A DNA stretch of 59,406 nucleotides, filler included, from Sphacelaria rigidula (Eukaryota): the NCBI GenBank assembly GCA_964200075.2. It is 7 parts of 7 records of this genome, joined end to end, with 100 filler letters (N's around TTAATTAATTAA, not from the genome) between each part and the next. Parts side by side here need not be neighbours in the genome. Positions count along the whole stretch, not along the records: positions 17,004 to 25,404 come from CAXNAA020011269.1; positions 25,505 to 33,905 come from CAXNAA020011270.1; positions 34,006 to 42,406 come from CAXNAA020011271.1; 4 more parts are not named here. The stretch is one strand, 5' to 3'. The notes under the pieces were generated by a model. That model saw only the letters and a list, made by a program, of their open reading frames with translations. It ran no database searches and had not been told where the DNA came from. A program made the position numbers and the translations under genes. Below are positions 24,711-34,700 of this stretch, one piece after another. How positions within the stretch are numbered: the stretch's first letter is position 1; each line of letters begins with the position of its first letter.

Positions 24711-25645
24711 ATCAAGTTTTGAAATAACTTGCAAAAATGAAAAAATGAACCGTCGCGAAAAACGAAAAATCTCACCTGTGTTTCGAACGAAAAAAAAACG
24801 TGAATTTGGACCTACTAACAATGTGCCTCCGTAATAATCCACTTGCCTAGGTTTTAAGTTTTTGTTGGTGCTCACCTTAATCTAAAGTGTTTGTGTTGAG
24901 CTGCAGGTGGCGCTTGTGATTAATGTACCGTGTTTTCGGTTGCGCGAGTGGATACAACCATTTGTCTCTCGTTTTTGGACGTTGTTGAGTAGAATGAGGA
25001 AACCTGCGTAATTTAGTTTTTTCTCGAAACATGAGAAAATATCAAATGTCATCCATGTCCGTATCAAAATTCGTCAGCGTAATATCCGTCATAATCTACA
25101 GAGGTGCCTCTGTTCATTGGTTGGTTGGTTGATTGGTTGTCGGATGCTTGTTTTCACGTGTTTTAAGTGGTGTTCTTATGCTTCGGGGGAGGAATATCAC
25201 CGCAAACGGTAATCGCTCAATTTCGTGTCGGTGCATCTGTTGTGAACTGTTATGCACATGGTATAGTACAAAATAGCACCCCGCTCTGTTCCCTTCTCTT
25301 TTCGTTCACCACGCCGACGAATACCGTGTATCTCCCCCACCCCCCCCACCCCCGTGCTTCGTCTCGAAAGGGATGCGTGGTCAATGGTCACACGACTAAG
25401 GCAANNNNNNNNNNNNNNNNNNNNNNNNNNNNNNNNNNNNNNNNNNNNTTAATTAATTAANNNNNNNNNNNNNNNNNNNNNNNNNNNNNNNNNNNNNNNN
25501 NNNNACCTAGTGCTCCGTCTCGAACGGGATGCGTGGTCAACGGTCAAGCGACCTAGGCAAGCAACAAATGAGTACGCCCCCCCCCCCGTCCCCCGCCCTC
25601 CCTCCGACCTCTACTCCAGCGACGAAGATCGCATGGCAAAACATG

Positions 25646-28600
25646 TCAGGAAAATGCTTTGCCCCACATTTGTTTTTCCTTCTCTTGCTGTTTCCGAAGG
25701 ATGTTGTCCACCTGAAGGAACCAAACATTTGCGGGAAGAATGCGCCGCTGATTAGCACAAGCATGCTCATCACGCGTTTCCGACTTGGTGAGGGATTCTA
25801 CTGCGTGCCTCAGGAGTGCATTTGGGGTCGTGTGCTTGTAAATGTGTGAAACAACCATAGCATACCGTAAAACATTCGGGACGTCTTACGACAAAAATGG
25901 AAGAAGCATCCACAGCATAACGAGGAACAGAAAGTTGAGGCGGGAGCGGAACGGACTTATGACGCGGATTCGCAGATCGGCTGATCACATCTACAGACAC
26001 ATATATTCATAGTTATACTCATGAGTCGGTCGCCCCGGTGCTCCCTCAGTTGGTAACCTCGAAACCTCCTGATGGTTGGGTCGTGAGTTCGATTCTCGGA
26101 GAGATCTGGGATTTTTTTCCACACAATGCCCAACAGTGGAGAACGACTATGCCGTGGGTACACAAAATCCGACTTGATGGTCGACGAGGGAAAGGTACTG
26201 CTGAACACCTCTCGCAATGAAACATAAAAAGGCAGGCACCGCAGAAGGAAGGTGGGGTACTAAAAACAAACAAAAAAGAAAAACGCCTATGTTAACCGTC
26301 CTCCTGTGTGACCCCGGCTGGTGCGCCCACATACACCGAAAGGAGTAGCCCGGCGATCAGAATAGAAGGGACGACGACACACACACTCATACTCATATTG
26401 ATATTGATATTCACAGTCATACGTATATATTCCGCAACCTGCGGTACATGAAATTCGAGGGAAAAAAAGGCCTCCCCTTTCATCCAATTACTTCTTCACC
26501 GTCGTTATCCACGAAAACCTTGGTGACAGATCAAAGCAAAAAAATTAAAATCACGACCTCAGCAAATGACAACTTGGCAGCGACCGATGAACGGAGAACA
26601 AGCGAAGGCGAGTGGATGACACAGATTGTAAAGCGTCTCGTTGCCGAACCCAAGGATGTAAAATTAATGTATAAACACATACTAGAGGTATATGCCACAC
26701 CCTGGATAATAGATTCCATTGTAAAAAAATGTACTGCGTACAGTGTGGAATCCATTGTCTATTACAATAGGCGCAATAGTCGATACTATATGCAGTACAC
26801 TTTTTGACTGAGTATTGTTTTGTCCGGGGTATGGTATATGCATCGACTCAACGTTCGCGCTATTTTGCGATCATGATCACTCACTACCAGATGACGAATC
26901 GGTGCGGATCGTCAATTTTTTCGTGTGCAACTACCGACCCATGCTGGCACACGGAAAATGGAACAAAACTGCACATGAAATGCTCCAAATAGTGCTACGG
27001 TGTCATCCCGATGTGTGGGCATGGAAACGTAGAAGTTATGCGGATGCGCCGCTAGGATAGGGACGAGGTTATAGGACCCTTCTTGTTCGACTGTTCGTCT
27101 GCGGAGGTCGAGGTGGGAGCAATGCTACGGTAGGGTTGGACTTTTTTCGCGAAATGTTGTCTGGTTCAGGGGCTCCTAAAGATTCTACATGCACAAGAAT
27201 ATGAGTCGGGGTATGCCCGTTTGTAGATGTATTCGGGGTATCCCTAGCACATTGGGATAGTAATCCTGGCATACTCTCACATATTTCATATCTCGTATTT
27301 TGGATGAGATGAAGGGTTCCCAACAATTCGTATTTCAGAAAAATAGTTTTGCATCCCTCGTCGACTCAGCTGGGAAGTAAGAAGTGGAGAGGGAGAAGTA
27401 ACTGGACGGCGCCTCTACTCGGAATATGACGGCACTCCGGTGACGGAGTGGACAATGGCCCGACATGATGGAAAATCAGTTTTTGCAAGAATATTCCCGG
27501 AAACATGCCGAGGGATTCATATCTTACCGTGGGCGTGTTGGTGTATTGAGGACAATCATCCACCTCGGGTACTCCCAGAGGGCCACACTCGTATTCTGTA
27601 AACGGAACAGGCGAATACTTGCGGCCTTCACTCAATTTTTCGCAGCCGAATGGCACTGTCGAGATTTTCATCCGCTGAAAACTACAGGAGACGTTTTGTG
27701 TAACGCACCTTTTTGAGCAGAGTCACGACTGCCTTGTCGCCGGGGGAACTTTTTTGCGCCGACAGTAGGTCTGCCTTCGCTGCATCGTAGTCCTTCTTGT
27801 TCACCAAGGCGTAAGCTCGCCGGTACAGGGCCTTGCCGGAAGTCGGCTCGATCTTCAGTGCTAAGGCGCAGTTGTTGGTCACCTATGAAAAAAAGACGAG
27901 TACACGGATAATGGCAATTCATCAGCGATATGGTGGGGAGAACAGCAGTCGGTACCAAATCTCTCGACTGGCTGATGAAATGGATCGCAATTCGACATCA
28001 CGTATGCGAGTTTTGTGCCGTGAAGCTAGCTGGCTGTACCAGGGTCGAGACGGGAACCCCTACTCCGTCCTCCTGAGTGACACTTGATCACTCTCTACTC
28101 TAGACACATGCATGAAACGACGGTGACATAAAAAAAAAAAACGCTCATATTTTGATGCGGCATACTGTCTTCCCACGCAGTCACGTCGCGCTTTTCGACG
28201 AAAACACAGTCCAATAATGACGAACACCCGCGATCATGAGATGAAAACGCGTAAAAGAAATGAGCACAGGTTTTTCAACCTGTGCATCAGGGGGGTTGAA
28301 AACTGTGTTGAGTTTGGCATGTGATGACGTGAAAAGCCATGCTGGCGTAGGGTGAGGACGCGTTTGGGTATATGCTGAGTCAGTACCCGCACGAACACAA
28401 ATCTCGTGAGCGTGGTATGGGGAGGCGGGGGGAGCGGCAGCCGGTGATACTGTTGACTGACGCTTTGTTCAATCTGGTTGATTGATTATTGAACATCAGC
28501 CGTGGTCATTCTCCACAAAATGGACGTGCCCAAGATACACAACACAGAAATACTCGCTCACTTGTGTGAGCAACAGCAAGGAGGGTAACATATATAGAGG

Positions 28601-29194
28601 GATTTCGGGAACAACAGTGTGTCATGCAACGCATACTGTACGAATGCAGTCGGGACGACCGGCAATGGCCCGCTGGCAGAATCGCGAACATAATGATCCC
28701 GTCTCTCACGCGCCCACAGGCGGCAAGGTCGAAGGAACAACAAATTCCTCTCGAGGAGGGAGTTCTCTCCACAGTTTCGGCCGATTTCAGTACAAAATAC
28801 AGCTACTCCAGGCGCCGACAACCTAGCCAGCCGACCCCGGTTGCTGCATGCACCGAGACTAAGATTTGCTTCCTTCTTTTTCCTCCTTCATTGTATGCAT
28901 GCGCTACTCTTCGTCTGCGCGCAAGCGAGGGGATATCCCACCTGGTCCCAGTTCTCAAGCTTGAGATAGCACTGCGCCAAGGATCGACAGCATATCATGC
29001 CGCCGTCCACCGCGAGGAAAGCGAAACGCCGTTGTTATTGAATATGCGGGGGAACAAGAGCCGGCAGACGAGCACGCATTGGATATGGATATGTCTTGTT
29101 TCAAGAGGACCAAGTGTGCATTACAAGTCGCCGCATGAGTTGACAGCGATATCGCTGCGGGGTAGGGAGAGCAAAGATTCGTACGTTGTTGTTG

Positions 29195-29226
<32 letters not shown>

Positions 29227-32200
29227 GGTGTTGTCTTCACACTAAAAAACCGTTCCGATATCTGCGCAGTGCTCAGTACTGGGTATCTACCTGATGCGGA
29301 CGCCTTCCGTGGTCGTAGTCACAGTAAACAGTTCCCTACCTCGTGGCGTCAAGGGCAAGTTGGCCACGTCGTGCATGGAGCGGCCAACGTGTCTCGACGG
29401 TGGGATCAGAGAAACGCAAGCTGGACGATGCAACATGGCGCAACATCAGACTACATAGTACAGTACATACGGGAGAAGCCTGGGAGAGGCGTTCTCTCGC
29501 GTGACAATGGAAGATGACACAGTCTGCCCATAGAGCAACCGGCTCGACGTTCTCCGCTTCGGTGGAGTTTGTCAACATTTACACCACGCGCCCGCCAGAC
29601 CGTTACCGCGAGTTTTCCAGCGTGCGCACAGCGTATCGACACCCTGTGTACACGTCGACAACTTCACCGAATTGTAAACCGTTACACCATGCACGTAGAG
29701 GCATGTGGGGTCCCGCCTCAGAGTGGAAATAATCGAACCGAAGTAGACCGCACTACATTGAGATCTCACACTAATCCGATGACAATTGAAGCTTGGTGAA
29801 TTCTCTGCAGCGGGTGGGGGTTTTGGGCAGCGATTGTGTTTATATTCACCACCCTTGAAATGCAAAGTGTTGACGTCATTCTCCAGCGAGTCTATGCCAC
29901 GTCACGGCGACCGTTCGTGACTTGATTTCAATGTGTCAGAACTCCCGCGGTAAAGTTCTCGAAATTTTTGCAGAGAGTTGAGTGGTAGCACTGAAGTGGA
30001 AACCCACTGTGCATAGTACACGTACCTGTGCCAGGTTGAGATAGAGCGACAACTGCACGGCGGAAACCTCTTCCTTCTCCTCGGCGTTGAGGTCGAACAT
30101 CTTGGCCGCGTGGGTCAAAGCCTTCGAGTACCGTGCCCCCGCCGCCCTGTAGTTTTGTCCCTTGAACAACTCGGTGCCCTCCTGTACGAGCAACGCCGTC
30201 AAAGAGGGTATGAACGCTTAAGCTTGTCCTGTGCGAGTTTAACCTTTGTGGTACGTTTGATTGATTGATTGATTGATTGATTGTCGTACTTTAACTGACC
30301 ACCCATGGGTCCAGTCGTGGTCGCATGATAGACGTACCCAAGAAAAGCAAAACTGGAACACTCGTTCAAGAAAATGAAGGAGCAGAAAAAGTCGAACAGA
30401 ACGACATAGTAGACTAAGACGTGAAAAAAAAAAAAATCAACAAAAGCGAAGTACAGAAAAAGATGGCCAACCTAACGCAAAAAAAAAAAAACTAGCAATG
30501 AAAGAGTGCAAATGGTGAGGTGCTGTTTTCTGAACAAGATATAGTTGATTGTTTGCAGCTTCCAAGAACCACTATTTTGCTCAAGGCGTGGTTTTCAGAC
30601 CCGCGACCGCTTCCAACCGGCAGGGAATCGCGTTAATACTGTATCGCACCTCAACCCTTCCACGTATGGTGGGGGGATTTCTGTGTGCATGGTCATCCTA
30701 CGTTGGTTCTGTGATGTTGCTTCGCACGCTTGCCAAGTGTTGGGCGGGTACTCTCCGGACTGCAGAACAACAATTCTCCGGTGGGGTGCGTCAACTATAT
30801 ACATGTGTGCTGCAGTGCCGCACGGGACTAAATATATAGAACGTATACAGATGGTGCTGATTTTTGTTGTGTGTACAGGGTTGAACATACTTGATCCGCG
30901 ACGTCCCCCCATCCGATAAAGCTAATCCGGCCGCACCGGGTCGACATTTTTGGTGCGAGCATGACGTATGTCGGTGGATTCTTCTGTGGCCTTCCGCCGC
31001 AAAAATTGTTATTTTCGGTATTTATTTTCCCCATATTTTCTTCCTTGTCAGCGCTTGAAATGATGAGGCGTCTGGACCGGGGACGGGAGGGGAGGGTCCC
31101 CACAAACGGTCAATTTCGTCGTGTACGCATGGGTATTGAAATGACGAAAAACGAATGGAACGAAGCCCCATCGGATCGTGTGCCGCTGACCAAAAATATG
31201 AGGCACGTACCCAAATCAAATCCACCTGCGTGTTGTGTACCCCCCTTTTTTTTCAGGATGCTCAACTCTGCTCATACTTGCGTATGGTCACAACGGTGAA
31301 ATCTTTGCGTAGGCTCTCGTCACACGCCCCCAACGGGGCCTTTCCTTGAAAAGTCGCCAAAAGGGTGGCGGAATGGTGGAATGGCCTGGTACTAAGCGCG
31401 GTTTGATGCGTTGCGCCGATCTGTTCTATGTGTACCAAAATTGGCACCATACCGCTGATGAGTGTACGGACGGCATCAGGGTTACAAAGCCCCAGGAGCG
31501 TGAGGAACATGAGGAACATGAGGAACGTGAGGAACGTGCCCTCCGCACCTCAATGGTTAGCCAATTGATTGATGGGTTATCGTATATTGACTGACCCGCC
31601 ACGACTGCAGCCATGCTCGCAAGAGAGACCCATCCAAGGTTTTACAAAAATGAATACCTACTGGAGGGAATCTTTCGGGGAAAAGATGAATGAAAAAGAA
31701 GAACAAACGGGGCGGAGAAAACAAAATCAAGATCTGCGTACGCAGTTCATCTCCCTGCGTGTTCGGTCCGTATCTGGCGTACCAATGACGATTCGGCGTC
31801 ATGCACTGAATGACTCGCCTCCTTGTTCTTCACAATGAGTCGCATCCGCTCCGGCTTGGGCAGCTTTCTGGTGTCGTGGTCCTCCTCCTCCTCGCCGTTC
31901 TTTCTTCGTTCCTCCTCGAACGCCTTCGCCTCGGCGTCTATCTCCGCCTCCACCTGGCATCAATAGCGAAAGCACACGGCATGAAAAAAAACAACGCGGG
32001 AATGGACTACTCGTTTTTTTTTTTTCATTTTTTTCCCATCATTTTTCAACAGAGAAAAAGATTTTCGAGCATCCGGGTTTTTCTTTCGCATGTTTCCAGA
32101 GCAGGCAGTGCGAGTAACAGAAGGTAAACAAAAGCATGTTGACTTCGATTCCTCGCGATACTATTACTATTCACATGAGTCGGAGCACCCACGCCGATAC

Positions 32201-33410
32201 CACAAACGAGAGTGTTTCCAAAACGAAACGCATAAAGCCCCAGCCAAAAAAAAACTTGGTGATTGATTTGATTTTTGATTGATTGTCGCACTTCAGCTGA
32301 CCCCCGAGGGGTCCAGCCGTGGTCTCAACAAAAACGAAACTGGAACACATAAAACAAAAAAGTCGAACAGGACGACCCAGCAGACGAAGTCGTGAAAAAA
32401 AAAAAGTAATAAAAAAGCCAACACAGGCAAAGATGTTGTGTACTATTATATGGACTGTTCGTGAAAGAAAAAAAATGTGACCTTCGCCGCAGCAAGAAAT
32501 TTTACAGCCTTTTTTCGAGAGCCCGAGCATCGCGGTTATTCCGCCGCCGGGCCGGTGGCAGGAGCGGTAGATCAGGACTCGCCGGGGGTGGATTTTGACA
32601 TTGTGAATTCCAATAGCGGCGTCACTCTCCATCGGTTTCCGTTGCTCGAAGGCGTGACGACGAGAGGTTGCCAAAAATATGACACAAAGGCGATGGAGTG
32701 CCGTATTGCTGATTAAAATGCTCAATAGCAGAGTGCAAGGCCTGTGTCCTGCCGAGAGACAGATTGATCCCTTCCATACTTTGGACTCGTCCCGGATAGC
32801 AGGGTACGGAATGGGGGTGGAGAGGGGTGGAGGGGTGGAGGGTAAAGTGCGAACATGAAAGAAAACAAAAAGTCGAAACGGCGGTTTGCCGTGAGAATGC
32901 AGGCCTTTCGTTTATACATCAAGGGTTCCTTCCGCACATATCGGGGTCATGGCACAGGGGTGCGTTCAAAAAGCCAGAACCCGATGACTTGATTCAACTC
33001 TCGCACAAGTATGGGGGCCATAGCACACATCGGAGGTCACCGCATATATCGGAGTCACCGCACATATCGGAGTCACCGTACAGGGGTGCGAAAAAATCCG
33101 AGAACGTCACGATTGAAAACACGACCGCACAGGGGCGCCAAGACCCCCCGCATTTTCAAGGTACCACTTCCTCCCCCCGACTTGTTAACAGTGATCTCTT
33201 GATGGAGCACTATTTCTTTCCATCGCCAGAAAGTTTATATCAAGAGATGATGATTTCGTCACACATCATCGATCAGGTACATTCCCGTTTGTCCGAAGCG
33301 TGGACGTGCGCACGGCACCTTGGTCGTTGAGCGGAACTCACCCTCTTTTTGTCATTTTCCACGGCCTCGAAGAAGGCCTTGGCTACACCTCCCTTGAGAT
33401 CGGCGTCCAC
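25646..33410 (-). CDS. TPR-domain co-chaperone-like protein (FKBP51/CyP40-type TPR), 3' half
   Basis: Exons 33342-33410, 31819-31953, 30026-30181, 28942-28971, 27709-27882, 25646-25711 join in phase 0: ..DHDTRKLPKPERMRLIVKNKE|EGTELFKGQNYRAAGARYSKAL..LSLYLNLAQ|CYLKLENWDQ|VTNNCALALKIEPTSGKALYRRAYAL..PGDKAVVTLLKK|VDNILRKQQEKEKQMWGKAFS*. Confidence 0.9.
26029..26386 (+). mobile_element. SINE family 1, full-length copy in TPR-gene intron
   Basis: GTCGCCCCGGTGCTCCCTCAGTTGGTAA...GAGTTCGATTCTC...CAGAATAGAAGGGACGACGACACACAC. Confidence 0.85.
27150..27660 (-). pseudogene. Possible highly decayed retroviral-type integrase fragment
   Basis: PLGVPEVDDCPQYT resembles GVP..I.SD.GPQF and RDTPNTSTNGHTPTHIL resembles R.TP..STG.TP..L, in the expected order; weak. 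Confidence 0.3.
29185..29325 (-). mobile_element. Short retroposon 3' end with (CAA)n tail (family E); second copy 50362-50476
   Basis: (GTT)n-GTCTTCACA.T.AAAAACCG.TCC.ATATCTGCGC.GT...GTACTGGG.ATCT...GCCTTCCGTGGTC shared by both copies. Confidence 0.7.
30258..30424 (-). mobile_element. LINE-like 3' end with (TCAA)n tail (family D); other copies 32261-32394 (-), 37485-37640 (+), 39473-39538 (+), 39933-39964 (+)
   Basis: Shared GACCACG(G/A)CTGGA...GGTCAG(T/C)T(A/G)AAGT(G/A)CGA-(CAAT)n end with variable 5' truncation; short-tandem tails are typical of RTE-like LINEs (clade assignment inferred). Confidence 0.65.
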
Positions 33411-34326
33411 CTTGGGTCCGACGGAAGAAGAAAAAAAAAGAGAGACGAAGACCGAGTTACGCAGCATACCTTAATGGGAACAGAAGCGGAAGAATAATAG
33501 TATCATCACTCTTTTGCGTGAAAGCAAGAGGGGAGCAAGTCCTTGACGGGATGCTGCTTGAGAGGTGGTAGTAGTCGAAGGAATACATACGGGCGGTAGG
33601 TAGCCACCTACGGTGTGATCGCACGGTCTCCACAACCAATGTTTGAGCGCTTTTACCATTAGATCTGCACGTTTTAAAACGCGGAATCACGTGGACGCAT
33701 CTTGGGAAAACTGTGGCGACATCCTATAACAAAATCGGCGAAGAGAACAGATGAGCTTATGTTGACAGTGAAGTGTAAGGTCGTCACCACAGCAACTCGA
33801 CCGTGATTGCAGCACGAGTGGGAAATCGCACCGCATGCACTCAGCTTCCTCTTGCATGTCAACAAAGCAAGGACGGCAGCCGGTCACCCCGGTGGCTCAG
33901 TTGGTNNNNNNNNNNNNNNNNNNNNNNNNNNNNNNNNNNNNNNNNNNNNTTAATTAATTAANNNNNNNNNNNNNNNNNNNNNNNNNNNNNNNNNNNNNNN
34001 NNNNNGTGGTATCGCCACTTCCAGAGACAGCCATGGCTTATACACTGCCTCATGGGTGTCTCACCGAAGTGGGGGGGGCGACGGCAATGCGAGTGTGATA
34101 ATAAAGAATATTTGACACGTTTGCTCAAAAATTGTCAGTTCGACTGCTATATCTTCGATTGTGTCGGACGAAGCGAACATAATAGGATCGTAGATCTTCT
34201 TTCATGCTTATTTTTGCTTGTATGCCTGTACATAAACAGCAGCGGCGAGAAAATGACATTGAGCGGTACGAACAACGAACACACTCGAAGACAACAAGCA
34301 CCTTTACTTCTTGTTCTGTAACTCTG

Positions 34327-34584
34327 CAAGGGTCGGACAATTGAATGATTCGTCCAGAAACTACTTGATTATAGTGTAATTGATCCGCACCGTACGAATC
34401 AATCCTGAGGCTTCGTTTTCGGCGTTGCATGCCAGGTACGCGCAGGCCAGGCACCTTGGACGGCGCAAAAATTGCGTGGAGACCTTTTTGACCCGCGGTC
34501 AACTATTTTTTTCTCTTCGAGCAATCAGGCCTGAAATATAGTAGATTTGGTAATTCGAACCGGGGATGATTCGTCCGAACCGTG
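34327..34584 (-). mobile_element. hAT-type MITE, copy 3
   Basis: CAAGGGTCGGAC...TCGTCCGAACCGTG; flanks TAACTCTG / TGACTTTG (6/8 match). Confidence 0.85.
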
Positions 34585-34700
34585 TGACTTTGTGCACGCA
34601 CGAAAACCCACCAGGGCTTGGGAACCAAACGCCAACGTGAACAAAACGTACGGCGAAACTGGTAGCTGAATGGTTAATAATCATGGGCATTTGATATCAC

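Noticed and set aside
25354..25590. True overlap between contigs 3 and 4
   Set aside because: The two ends are diverged copies of a dispersed repeat with several mismatches, not identical sequence
31495..31540. EEHEEHEER coding repeat
   Set aside because: 9-bp microsatellite in an intron; the surrounding ORF is short and unsupported
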